Positions 51,146 to 64,000 of a stretch of 64,000 nucleotides of DNA are shown here, piece by piece. This DNA comes from Rhynchobatus australiae. Lineage: Eukaryota. The notes below the pieces were generated by a model. The model was not told where the DNA came from. It saw only the letters and a program-made list of their open reading frames with translations, and searched no databases. Location: the NCBI GenBank assembly GCA_034780895.1, contig JAUZTB010000107.1, positions 33,762,722 through 33,826,721 on the forward strand. The letters are read 5' to 3'. The position numbers were made by a program, and so were the translations under genes. The stretch's first letter is position 1. Each line of letters opens with the position of its first letter.

Positions 51146-54100
51146 GATAACTAACAACACTTCCTCCAGATTTTGTTCTTTTATTTACCTTTTTCTTCCT
51201 TATAGTACATTCTTTGAGGTTTTCATATATATTATTTTGGAGCATTGCAGTCCCTATAGGATTAATATACTGCAAGTGATGGTGACATTCGCCTTCCTCA
51301 AAAATTGGATATTTGAATTTGTTGCATGGTTTGCACTTATGTTCTGATTCCTTTGTCATAACCTGTTTTATTATAGTAATGTAAAACTTTCAAAAATAGC
51401 ACCAAATTAGCCATTGTAAATTATCACTAATTGCTAATGTTTAAGGCATATCAAAATATGAAAATACAGGTTAGAACTTCAAGCAAGAAGATCAGTCTTT
51501 CAGTGATTTAAGATGAAAGTTACTTTAAAAAGTCCTATTCAGAAGTCACATTTTCTTTGCACTGAAGTTTTAACTTCAGACACAAATTTCTGGGTAAATT
51601 CAATAATTTATAACATTCATGTATATTTTTATATCATAAAATTCCAACTGAAAGAAAATAGTACAAACCTTTTCACAATTTCATCAGGATAACAAATTTA
51701 GAATTTTTGTTTGTAGAACTTTCATTCCATATTTTGGCCCTCTTCTGAGAGATCTGAATGAAAGTGATACACAGCTGCAAAGATGATTGCTACTCTATTA
51801 CATTCCCACACAAATGACATGGAAATATTTTTGCAAAATTCAGTGTTTTTGAGCATATTGGTCTCTCCCGATATGATCAAAAACTGAAACATCCCCCTTT
51901 GTGTACTGAAACAGGAAAGAAAGTGCTTATACTGCAGAATTTAAAGATAAATTTCATACCTAATTAGTACCTCTCACATGCTAGTTAGCATAAAAGGAAG
52001 TGGTTTGCATTTCTCAAAATTTTTTGAAGTTGAGAGATGGAGTTTTTTTTCCAGAAACCATTAATTGCATTTTACATTTTGGTGATGGTTTGTGACCATG
52101 GATTTTTAGCTTCAAAATAAAGCTCTCTGACACATCCACAGAGGCTATGGTTTCTGAAAAAGAGAACACACATCTGCCATTGCTGGAACTGGACTATTCA
52201 AGTGAAACAACTGAAGGGAGAAAGGTGAACCAATTGTAATGTTGTGTAAATAAGACAAATGAGGTCTGCGTGAAGCTCATAATCGACTGCATAAATCTTT
52301 CCTTTTTACAGGGTGCCTGCCTTGCCTCATTATAACACTCCTCTTCATTACTGTTTATGTCTAGCCCTCTTTACCAGGCTTGGGCACTCTACAGATACCA
52401 GAGGATAAAATGTGATGTCTCTCCTTTCAATTATCTGACCCAATCATTTCTGAATGAAGACTGTTGTATCCCTTGATACAGTCTGTGAATATAATCATGG
52501 TTCTTGTGACAACAAGTGAGGTACCTCACAATCTAACCCCTTGCAAATGCCTTTTCTGAGTTTTCACCAGAATGGCTGTTCCTTCTGTGTTAAGGAATGG
52601 TGCACCAGCAGGTCCCAGAGACATACATATGCACTCTGGGGAATGGATGGATTTATCTATTATCAGAAACACAGTAAATACAACACAATTGTACATTTAT
52701 TATTTATCCCTTTATACTTCCCAACAGAGAAGACAAGAGTCCCTTGACAATGAGTGCTCTCTTCAGAAAGCACTGGGTAGGCTAAAGGATACGACAAAAC
52801 TGACAGTAAGTAAGCACCAGCTGCAGTGAATATTTTATACAAAAGTTAGCATTTGTGTTTTACTGAGTCTTATTTCTCTGTGTAATATGGTGTTTTGAAA
52901 AAAGAAAGGCTAATGGGGTAGTTAACAGTTCAAAGTGCAGGTTTTTCTACCCAGAAATGTCAAATGTTTTGATTGTATATGTGGATATAGCAGATGTATT
53001 CAATACATGGGCTTTTCTTGCCCTTGGGCAGTGACAATATGTCCATTCTACTGTATGCAATTACAGAATCAATAAAACATCCCTTTGAAAGGCATTGGAC
53101 TAGTGCCGACATGCAGGCTGTAGTCATACTGATATTTCAATGCTACTGTTATTACCAGCGTCAAACATATTTTGTAACAAATATCAAAATATAGTTACAC
53201 CCTGAGATCAAACCACAAAACCATGTTTGTTCACTGAAAGAATATAACTATGCAGTAAACAACCTGCTGAAGATGGTTTAGGGGAAATCATTTTTTCCTT
53301 AAGGCGAGCTTTACAACTGAGTTTTAAACTGATTTTTCTAGTAAGTAAAATTAATGTCCTGTACCAAAACATAAAGACAATGTCTGTTTTTAAAGACTTT
53401 AAGGCTCTATTCTGCCATCTTAAATTTTAAAATTAATGCAACACACATGTAAATAAACCGGTTATATTCTAATCATATAGGCATTACCATATTAATGTAT
53501 TGCTAAAACAGAATTCTGTGTGACAACCAACCATGGATTACAAACTACTAATTTTAAAGGACATAAAACTTCTTACACAGGTACAACTCATATACGAATA
53601 CATATATTTTCAAAGTTCATTTAGACAAAATCAAGAGAATTAATTCTGTATACTTAATTGTTTGCTTCACTTTAGATTTCAGTTTAGACTTATAAAAACA
53701 AATATTCAGATTACTGATCATAACAGGCTGAAGCAGTGTACCTTGCTACATGCACTTCCACTGCAATTAACAGGACCTGGCAAACTATTTAAATTTGTTT
53801 TTACAAGGTACTAAGGGTGCAGTTTGCAAATCTCCAAAACAATAACAGCATGTAAAAACAGGTCAATCAAGTTTGTCATCTTGCTCATAGGACTTACAGT
53901 TAAGGTGCTTTATTCGCCAACAATGAATTATAACTTGCTTTAAATCAATATTCCAAACATTTAGATTCAAAAGGCTTTTCTCCCCAATGCTAGAAACTTA
54001 TTCAGGTTGCCACATGAAAATTTTTACTCTTTACGTCTGAAATATCTCTGATGCCCAAGCTGCTGGGAAAGGAGCAAATACCCATTTTCACAATACATCT

Positions 54101-57100
54101 CATGCTAATATATTTAAGATATAGCATATACATCTCTATGACAATTCATTACAGTATTTTGACCTTTTTTTAGATCTTGTATTGTGAGTTCTTAGATTAC
54201 ACATTTAAGTTTCTGAATTGAACTGATGTCCACACTGTAAATACAAGCCAATGATTAAAGAATGAGCCACCTAATTTTCTTTTTTACCTGAAAATAGTAA
54301 CCTGGTTAAAAACCCACAATCTTTTTGCTAATGCCAAAAGAGTAAATGTTTGCTTGCTGTTTGACCAGTAAAAATTCAAAGCTGCCCCAATCTCAATGCA
54401 CATATGCACTTTTAACTTGGGATTACCGGATAGTCATCCGCAATGATTCAACTAGTTCACTCATCTCGTGAACCTGTAAGAACCAAATATAACACTGACA
54501 TCCCAACTAAAATCAGCTACTTTTGCACAGGGTAGAAGTTATTTCTTGAAATTTACTAGTATATCTTGCTCATTAGCAGGCCAACATTCACCTGCACATT
54601 ACAGTACATTTGCTACTTAATCATTAGTGCAGCTCAGTAGAGAAAAAGTTGTTCAAAATCTCAAATAACCAATTGATGAATAATAGGAAAGCAATAGCAT
54701 GGAAAAGATGAAGGCTTAAAAATTCATCCCAATTGGTGGCATCAAATACCCCCCTCAAAAGTTTATTTATTGCCCAGCTCACCCTTGGTAAATATTCATC
54801 GCCTTACAAATCCATCCCCACAAAGCCTTCAGAGATGTCCTGCAAAACCCAAGGGGGACAACTGGCACAGTTAAGAAGCCTCTGAAATAGATCATGGACN
54901 NNNNNNNNNNNNNNNNNNNNNNNNNNNNNNNNNNNNNNNNNNNNNNNNNNNNNNNNNNNNNNNNNNNNNNNNNNNNNNNNNNNNNNNNNNNNNNNNNNNN
55001 NNNNNNNNNNNNNNNNNNNNNNNNNNNNNNNNNNNNNNNNNNNNNNNNNNNNNNNNNNNNNNNNNNNNNNNNNNNNNNNNNNNNNNNNNNNNNNNNNNNN
55101 NNNNNNNNNNNNNNNNNNNNNNNNNNNNNNNNNNNNNNNNNNNNNNNNNNNNNNNNNNNNNNNNNNNNNNNNNNNNNNNNNNNNNNNNNNNNNNNNNNNN
55201 NNNNNNNNNNNNNNNNNNNNNNNNNNNNNNNNNNNNNNNNNNNNNNNNNNNNNNNNNNNNNNNNNNNNNNNNNNNNNNNNNNNNNNNNNNNNNNNNNNNN
55301 NNNNNNNNNNNNNNNNNNNNNNNNNNNNNNNNNNNNNNNNNNNNNNNNNNNNNNNNNNNNNNNNNNNNNNNNNNNNNNNNNAAGTGTGCCAACACTCAAA
55401 TTCAGAGTTAAGAAAAATGATCATCCAAGCAATGTACTCCATATTAGAGACACTGTGGAAAAATATACCACCAAAGGGTCAAGTTCTTTGAAAAGAGAAG
55501 CGAAAGAAGAAGTTTTGTGATTTAAAACATGCCCTTCTGCAAACAACTGGCACTAGAACCTACATCAGCAATGATAATAATCTTTAGGTTCATGCCACTG
55601 GATTTTATTGTACTTACCACAGGTATCTGATGGAAAACTCAGACTCATCAGAAACAGTTACAAAATTAATTTAAGATAGACTAGATACTAATAATATTAG
55701 GCTAAGATCACGAGAGAATAAAAACAAGTCAGACTTAAAAATGAATGACTATGTTTTAAATAGCACAATTTGCTTGTTTAAAAAATGTAAATGATATATT
55801 TTCACAAAAATGCTTACCAGGTGCACTTAATCCCACAATGAAAGTTATCTAATCACAAGGAAAAATATGTTTCTGCTTTCTTCAGAAACCGAGAGTAAAC
55901 AGGTTCTGATACTTTACCATATGACACACTAGTATACCAAATGTAAAAACACTTCAAAAAAGGGGCAATAAGTTTTCACATTGATAAAGCTCAAGCGTTA
56001 CCAAGTAACAACGCAAAATATTGCAATTAAAACAAAATTATTTTCCTTCTAAGCAGTGTAGATCTTATGGCTCTTTTTGGATCCAGTCCAAGAACAAACC
56101 CTACAACAAGTCCAGGCCAAATAAGATGATTAATTAATTATCTGTGTTTTCTTAAGAATATCCAAATCATTCTATTCTTTGACATGCAGCTGTTAAGCTT
56201 TTTTTAAAATCAGTCAATGACCATTTCTGAAATTACCCAATTTGAATTTTAAACTTTGTACAACTGTATTAATAATAGTCAACAGCAAAAGTAAGTTGCT
56301 CACTTCCCACTTTCAACGCCCAAACAATATTTTTGGCACATTTCACTCCTGAATCTGACGCTGCCTTGATCCTGCCCTTCCAACCCTATAAAGGAACTTC
56401 CTATGATGTTGCACTGCAAGTGTATTCCAAGCAGACACATATTACACAATACTTTCTCCTGAAAGGCTATGGCCTTAGCAATCAAGTTGCTTTTTTTTAA
56501 AAAAGAAAATGATCAAACCAGGGGGTGGGGACAGCATATCCTGCGTGAAACCGCATCCTGCACAGCATCACCACGATTCACTGTAAATAAATACTCTTGT
56601 AGCAGAGCTTCCGTCAACTGTCACTGCATTGACTGTAATCACCTTCAAGTCCAAACAGGAAAGTACAGAAAAGCAAGTGAGATGGGAGATATGGGGTTTA
56701 ATTTGCTTTTCACTGCAGATTTCATTGGTGGTGTGTTTCCGATTCTCTTAGCTGCCAGCTGCCTGGAATCACTTCTGGATCTGGGTCCTTCCTGTTAACC
56801 TTCATAACTTCTCTGTCATAACAGTATTATTATGGGTGAGCCCAGGAAAGTGTGCTCCTATCCAAATGTGGACTCGCCCCTTTATTGTTCTCAGTTGCCA
56901 AAAAGAAAAATCTGCTGAATGCTTTACCATAAAGAAACTCTTCATGTCCAAAACTTTTATAATACTGCAAACATTAACTCTCCACTGACACTCTAGACCT
57001 GTTCAATTCTGCAATTCAATCAAAACACAATCTGAAAATCCTCTTGTCATCCAGCTCTGCATTCATATGCTCAAGCCTTGTCTAAGGATAACTGCATACA

Positions 57101-60100
57101 ATCTTTCCCCCGAGCGGTGCTTATATTGTTTTATTACAGCTCAATGAGTGTAGTTAAAATTGCATGCAGCTGCTGACTACTGCGGTCTATCTATGTTATG
57201 CATGGACACAAGTATTGCCCACCGGGCTTAAAAAATCATTCAGTTACTGGCCTGACAAAAGATTATGTAGAGCTCTTTGGAAGGAAGAACATCTTGTATA
57301 CTACAGCAGGAGCGGGTGATGTTAATGGATCAGCTCCTTTATAAAAGGATTGTGAAAGTCCTATCAAATGTCACTTGAGAATGCTAAATGTTAAACATGT
57401 GGCCATACCACATAAATGCAAAAATAAACCTTAAGACCTATGCAGTCTAAGGCAGCTTTAGAGAAGGAGATGATGAGGTATATTAAGATTCAGAAAAAGT
57501 CCTTGACAGACACTGCTTTCAGCTACAAATAATATGAAGTTTTAAAATGGAAAAGGAGACTCAAAATGTATTTCTCTCTGACAAATATAGGAGATAGGTT
57601 TACTTTTGAAGTGATTATACCAAATATATATATTCAATCGAATAAAAGCGCCAACACTTTTATAAATACCAAAGATAGATCTTCCTTAGCACACCCCTCA
57701 ACCAACCCCCAACTCACCACCACCACCTACCATTCCTACCATTACACTTCCCCATGAAGTATCGCTTACAGTCTAAATGTACAAAAAAATTGCTTTTTTG
57801 TTTTATTATTTCTTGAAAGAAAATTAATTTGCAAGCAATAAATGCAGAAGAGGCAGAATACACCTAAACAAGTACAATAAAATATGTGTGTCATTTCCTA
57901 TTCTGTTTTGTGAATTAGGTATGATGCGTTTTATTTCGTTTTATGCCAATTCTACAAACTATATATTACATAAGGAAACCCAGTTAAATTTATCCACATC
58001 TCCTTGACAAAATGCAAGAAAAATTATCAATGAATTTTTGCTTAAAAAATGAGGAATTAATACTTCTAAATGGCAACTGTTTGCTCATCTAAATATTACT
58101 TAATTTAAAGAGAAAATATTATCAATGCTTTCAAAATCTCTGGCTTATTTGAAAGGGAACACTGTAAACATGCCTTGACTTGGATTTCAGCTCAGAATTG
58201 TAAGAAGGTTTTACAGTTTTAACTCCACACAATATAACAGACACAATAATATTTTCCATGTGTGAAAGCTTTCATTATAGCAGGATTCCAATTATACAGT
58301 ATATCGGTAATGTTCTCCATGCTGTGTCGCACCAGTATACTATGCCACCTATTCTATCAGCATTCACATTCTGCTGTTTAACTCAACCCAGTTAAGAACA
58401 TGAGCTGCAAGTGGTCGTCAGCAATTGATCTTTCTGCTCATTCCACAATTCCCACCACAAATTACCTATGTATAATTATTTTGACACCATAATGAAAAGG
58501 AAATGAGATTTGGTCACTGAAGGTTTATCTAATAATACTATTCCTTGCTAGACTTCATAAGACTGACAATCAAAAAGCCTTGCCCGTTTCAGCACAAAAA
58601 CATTTGATAATTTTTTTTAGAAGAAACATTATTTATTTCCACAGAGTTGCCATTATCAGGAGGCAATGATAGCTGAATAATGAAAATGAAATCAAGGAAT
58701 TTTGGTATTTCAAAGCTTTAATTTTTCCTGCTCTCACTTATGACATTTTCTTCCCCTGGAGAGACAAGATAAAGTGCTGTCATAAATGGGTGAATCTCTT
58801 GTCAAATGACAGACTTGATTCACCATGGCAACCACAAATCAAGGTGCTAGTGTGAATTAAAGCTTTGCTTAAAAGGCTTTTTGTATTTAAAAATGAATTT
58901 CAATCAAACAGATATTGGGTTAAGGCTTACCTTCTTTGTAGTTGTTGACTAAAAAAACTGCTTTGCTGTTGGTCAGTATTTGTACATTTAGATTGTAGAT
59001 AACTGTGACAACTGAACCATTAGATATACAGGTAGACTATTTGTAATTTGGTTATACATGAGCTGTAATGAATATGGATGATCAGCACTTTTAGCATAAT
59101 AAATTTCAGTTCCTCAATAGGTATGGATTTTTTTCCAGATTTACAGATATTTCATTTTTAACAGGTTCATTTGTATAAAAGTTTAATGTCCACGAAAAGT
59201 TCCTCAGACTTTACAGCTAGCTAAACTTGATCTAGCGCTTTGCTGACTCAGTTCCCAGAGTAGAGTTGCGAGGTTGGGCATACTCAGAACACTGCTAAAG
59301 ACACTACCCCCATCCAGATTAGATTGGTTCGGGTCAGCAAATTACATTTTCTGCATCGAGACCAGGTAATTAAGTGTGGGGAGACTGCAGGCAGTTGTTC
59401 TGAATGTGGAGACCAGATCAAAAAGATCTGGTCCATGCTATGGATTAACATAGAATGAGTTGCATGTGCACCAGCTATGCACGTCAAAGATTGTCAACTT
59501 AATTTTTTTGGTGGAAGTGGAACAAAATCATTAAGTAAATGAGATTTTGTTTCACCATTTGCTTTGGGTATAATCTGCAAATTCCACAAACGCCTACAAA
59601 CATTTGGAAGGCTTTGTACTTGAGGCAAAATTTTGTTGTATTGTAGGTTTCTGCCATATTTTTAAAACTGAATAACAATATGTGACCAGCTGTGTGTGTG
59701 TAATTCCTGGCCATTTCCCATTTTATAAAGGGTTGTTGTGTGCTAAAGTGCTATTATAATTCTAGATGATGAAAATTAAGGATTTTGTTAATTGATTTTT
59801 CAGTCCTTCCTCTCTTCTATGACATTCCTCTCTCTGTTTTCTCCCCTTTATCTCTTCTTTCTCTTCCCCCCACCCCCATGCTTTCTTTCTCTTGCCCCAT
59901 CCTGCTTCTGTCCACAGAAATCCCTTGTACCGAAGAGTAAGGCGAGGGTTCTAAAACCTGACCAGTGTCCCAAGAAAACTTTTGTTAAACATTTTTGGTA
60001 ATATTTAATATGATCATATCCTGTGACAGCACTAAAAATGCCCATGTGAATATAAAAGGATAACATTTACAGTCTTGTGAATAAAATATTAAAAAGCTTT

Positions 60101-60639
60101 ACCTTAAGGTAAAGGTTGATGTAGATTTGTGAATCTCTGACCTCTTTAGAAATTGGGATGCTATGGATGCGGAACTTTTACAACCTCACGTATTTGGGCT
60201 GCCACCTTGTAATCATTCACTTTGCCTGTTTACTTCCCATTTTACAGGGCTGCTCAGTTTATATTATAAAAGGCAATTATGTGGGACCTTTTGGTGCTCT
60301 GAGCTGCTTTCAAGTCAATCCCTTCACAGCACACAAGCTAGGAAACACCTTTCAAATTTCAGGTACAGTTGAAACCCAATAATTTAGACTCCCTNNNNNN
60401 NNNNNNNNNNNNNNNNNNNNNNNNNNNNNNNNNNNNNNNNNNNNNNNNNNNNNNNNNNNNNNNNNNNNNNNNNNNNNNNNNNNNNNNNNNNNNNGAAAGA
60501 AACAAACCAACCTCCAAACTTGTCAACTATCATCAAGTAAGTTGCAGCATTTATTCTTTGAGAGAAATAGATGGAAATGTAAATTAATTGCTCAGCTGGA
60601 ATTTGCTTTTTTTTTCAATTTAAAAAATGCCCTTTCCAG

Positions 60640-61680
60640 CAATTAACATAATTTTACCACCTTTGTCCCTTAATACCATTGTTCTACATAAATATCTATC
60701 ATTTTCTGTTTTGAAAACTTTAATTTTTGTTTTTAGGGTAAAAGAATTCCAGATTTCCATGAACCTTCATGATATCACCCTAACAGCTTAACTTTAATCT
60801 TGTGTATCCTTGTTCTGGATGGAAGAAATTATTTCTTTCTATCTATGGTAACAAATCTTTAATAATCATCTTGCAGCTTCCAATGTGATCACTCCTTTAG
60901 GGAATGCAAGTCTAGTCCATATAACTTTTCTTTATAGAGTAACCCTTCTAATCCTGATACCACTGTTTGAATCTGCACTGCTGCTTCTCCAAAGCCAATA
61001 TATCTTGTTGAGCTGGGGTTCCCAGTAGTACTCTGAGTATAGCAAAATAGAAACCAACATATAAATCACCTTTTTTGTTACAATGGTACCTGTGACTTTT
61101 AAATCCCATTTCCATTATTTCTCAGCTTTTTTTTTTTAATCACCTCAGTTGACTTTGTCTCTGTGGTTTTCTCATCATCTTTGAGTCACACAGCATATAA
61201 GCAGGCCTTTCAGCCCACCATGTCCATACTGACCATCATGCAGTTATCTTCATTAACACCATTTACCAGCATTTAGTCTTTGGCCTCCTTTGCATTGGAC
61301 ATTCAAGTGTTTGCCTAGATAATTAAATGTTGTTAGAGTACCTCTCTCTGTCATCCACTCTGGCAGTGTGTTCTAAATTCCAACCATGCTCTGGGTGAAA
61401 CAGTTCTTCCTAGATCCACTCTGAACCTCTTACCCCTTATCTGAGACCAGTGTCCTCTAATTTTAGGTAACCTCTGGCATGACATAAGGTTTCTGACCAT
61501 CCCGCCAATCTATGCCCCACGTTATTTTGTATACCTCTATCAGATCCTTCACTCCAAGGAAAAGAAACACAGCTTATTCAGTCTCTTCTCTCTTAGTGAA
61601 TCTCCTCTGCATCCTCTGCAGTACACCAACATCCTTCATATCGTGTAGCAGCCAGAACTGTACTCAGTACTCCAGCTGTG
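60640..61680 (-). mobile_element. Two decayed CR1-type 3' fragments (about 60640-61080 and 61185-61680)
   Basis: Second fragment has the tail gagtcacacagc..gcaggcctttcagcccacca and the body gtgaatctcctctgcatcctct..ccagaactgtactcagtactccagctgtgg. Confidence 0.7.
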
Positions 61681-62694
61681 GTTTACTCTTAATTACTCCA
61701 AATTCTCTTTCTGGTTATCCAAAAACTCCACTAAATTTCTGAGGCCTGTACAACTTCCCTCAACTTGGGTGATTAAACTGTATGTTCACAGCACTTTCTG
61801 TTTTTAAACTCCCATTTCAGATCTGCATTATAATTTTTTTATTGCAAAGGGTGGCAAAGCTTGTTACAATAGAAAAGGTTGCAACTACTCCAGTCAATTG
61901 TTTCATCTTCACTGTTCATTTCAGCAATTTAGCGTTGAACTATTGAAATAAAATAATGTTAAGTGTAATGTAAAACAAATCTTTTCTTTTCTATCTAGGA
62001 TCTAATTCTATCTCTTAGAAGCTCTTCAGTCATTTGATCACAGGCAATGATTGTTGTTTGGCATTGCAAAACACGTACATTGCTTTTTGTGGAACCTATG
62101 CAAAGTCTAGGTTAAGTTGCTTTGGTTGGATATTGGTTCCGAGTATGGCAATGCCATAACTTTAATGTTCTTACATTTGATCCATAATGCATCCTTCATA
62201 AAAATAAACTAGCTTAACTAAAACTTGTTTCATTTTTCAACCAAAATTAGTTGCTCCATTAAAATGTGATAAGGTTTTATATGATATTGTACCATATTTG
62301 TCCAACTTAATAATAGTTTTGCTTACTATTATCTTAAGGTTTATTCTGCTTAATTTGAAAATGTATTAAAGTAATATTAGTTCTAATACTAACAGTAAAC
62401 ATTTTATTTTAAAACTGTTTAAAGTTTCCTCCCCATTTACAATTTCAAAACATGCATTGAAATGGAAATGTAAAATTATGTGAAGAAACATGCAGATGTA
62501 GTAAGTTCAGCACAAAGCTAGCATTAACCTTTTGTACAAAAGTTTTAAATCATATACATTAATTTCCATTTTATACAATATCACTGTGGTCTGTAAGTTA
62601 ACTTTTAACAGAACAACAAGAATGAAGAACTAATATCTATCTTGGTTTATGCAATGTATTGATTTGGTGACAAGAACTGTGTGTCTTCTAACAA

Positions 62695-63696
62695 TGTGAT
62701 GGATATTCACTTTCCAAGCCCCAAAAAGGCTTATTGTTAACCTCAGCTTTTTTTAGCACAGCAGAATGACCTGTCCAAAGGTCAAGGAGTGGATGCTCAT
62801 TAAGCTAAAATCCCTTTTGCAAAAGCAGCAGAAATTGTCCAAGGCTCAAGATGTTTGTTGTTTGCTAAATTAAACTTCTAACCAATATTCCCTGCTCAGC
62901 CTCTTAACATAAACAAGAGAACAATGGGATCCACGTTTACCTAATTAAACACTCCAGTCACCTGGCCTGAAAATGTGGTTTAAAAAAATCACACGCCAAT
63001 GGTATCAACTGAGTGAAAAAACAGTATAAATGCCAGAAAGCAGTCAAGGTTGTGGGGGAATGANNNNNNNNNNTTAACATAAACAAGAGAACAATGGGAT
63101 CCACGTTTACTTTATTAAGCAATCCAGTCACCTGGCCTGAAGATGTGGTTGTGAAAAACATCAAACGCAAATAATGTCAAGGAAGTGAAGAAACAATATA
63201 AATGTTAGAAAGCAGTCAGGGTAGGGGTGAATGACAGAGAGAAGGGGTTACAGAAAGACCTAGAATTCATTCCTCAGCCTCTGGTTTTTGCAACGGACGA
63301 CTTGTTTGTCTAGAACTTGTTGGTATGACTTTTTAAGCATGTAAGAATTGTACATGTGTTTGGAAATCCTTTGTGAGCTACAAGTCATTGTTAAGAATTA
63401 CTTCTTATAATTAAATGTGTCTCATTTAAAATAAAATAAACTATGTTTAAACTGCTTCATTAGCTGGAAGTATCTTCTTGGTTAGGAGGAGGGATCCACT
63501 GCTGGAAATAGTGATTATTGACAGCTAAACCTTTCCATAGAGACTAAAGTAGTGAAGTAAACTAGTCCTTGAAGTGTAGGTTGAAACAGTATAAGCTCCC
63601 TATAGTGAGGGTACTTGTAGATACTTACGCCAGATAGAAATTAAAGTCTTGACTTGAAGTTTAGAGCTCCCGGACGGTACACTCAGTATCATCACA
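62695..63696 (+). mobile_element. Solo LTR, same family as 24194-25000, with an internal ~160-bp duplication across a 10-N gap
   Basis: TGTGATGGATATTCAC ... CAGTATCATCACA. Flanks ACAA/ACAG (3 of 4 match). Collinear with copy 1 throughout. TATAAA at 63025 and 63197. Confidence 0.88.
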
Positions 63697-64000
63697 ACAG
63701 GTATAAACCAATTAAATCCCAGCATTCCAGCTTTATGTGCATCTTTTTACTCGTACAGTTCTACAGAGCTTCTTCTACAGCTGTTTGCTTACACAGCCTT
63801 AAGTGGTTTCACACAGAAATTATAACTGGGGGTTCTACCCAGCCAGCCCATACTTATTCAATACTTACCTGATGAGCAATGCTGTAATCATGTACCCACT
63901 CTTTTCCCATACCACTTCATTCCCCGTTTTTTCACACCACCTACCCAACTTATTCATAGACAATGATAGACCCGGTGCTTCAATCATTAAAGTTGATAAT

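Larger units (their letters stand above)
2637..63073. other. Assembly gaps
   Basis: N-runs start at about 2637, 6261, 7096, 7913, 11089, 22327, 30461, 34291, 44359, 49226, 54900, 60395 and 63064. Several abut young repeats. Confidence 0.98.

Noticed and set aside
56300-56500. Open frames on both strands (EKVLCNMCLLG.. and FLAHFTPESDAAL..)
   Set aside because: No convincing homology, and the splice signals are only moderate.
59411-59433. Perfect 9-bp hairpin GACCAGATC-aaaaa-GATCTGGTC
   Set aside because: Roughly one such short-loop 9-bp stem is expected by chance in 64 kb.
7076-60587. Long ORFs containing X runs (e.g. 7076, 7773, 22081, 49139, 54779, 54894, 60369)
   Set aside because: Their length comes from reading through N-gaps, so they are not evidence of coding sequence.
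1-64000. CRISPR arrays, operons, defence systems or other prokaryotic features
   Set aside because: The DNA is vertebrate and retroposon-rich, with no regularly spaced repeat-spacer array or dense ORF packing.

Overview
AT-rich, CpG-depleted vertebrate nuclear DNA from a gapped draft assembly (13 N-runs, several exactly 10 or 100 nt). The repeats point to a cartilaginous fish, probably a shark or ray (inference): V-domain (HE1-type) tRNA SINEs, Deu-domain SINEs, CR1/HER1-type LINE 3' ends, L2, Rex1/Babar, Vingi and Penelope terminal repeats. I recognise no intact protein-coding gene, rRNA, tRNA or CRISPR. The ORF track is mostly LINE fragments, ORFs running through N-gaps and chance ORFs, so the window looks intronic or intergenic. 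The best-supported notable structures are: (i) two independent solo LTRs of one family (24194-25000 with exact TTAC target-site duplication; 62695-63696 with a duplicated promoter block across a gap); (ii) a dispersed family of Penelope-derived repeats carrying minimal hammerhead-ribozyme cores; (iii) a ~1 kb element bounded by 53-bp inverted repeats; (iv) a precise CR1-in-Rex1 nested insertion next to the RT active-site motif; (v) decayed Vingi and zinc-knuckle ORF1 relics. A few minus-strand exon candidates are listed at low confidence. I found nothing that I can honestly call a new biological system. Repeat-family names come from recalled consensus motifs, not a database search, and most repeat boundaries are approximate.
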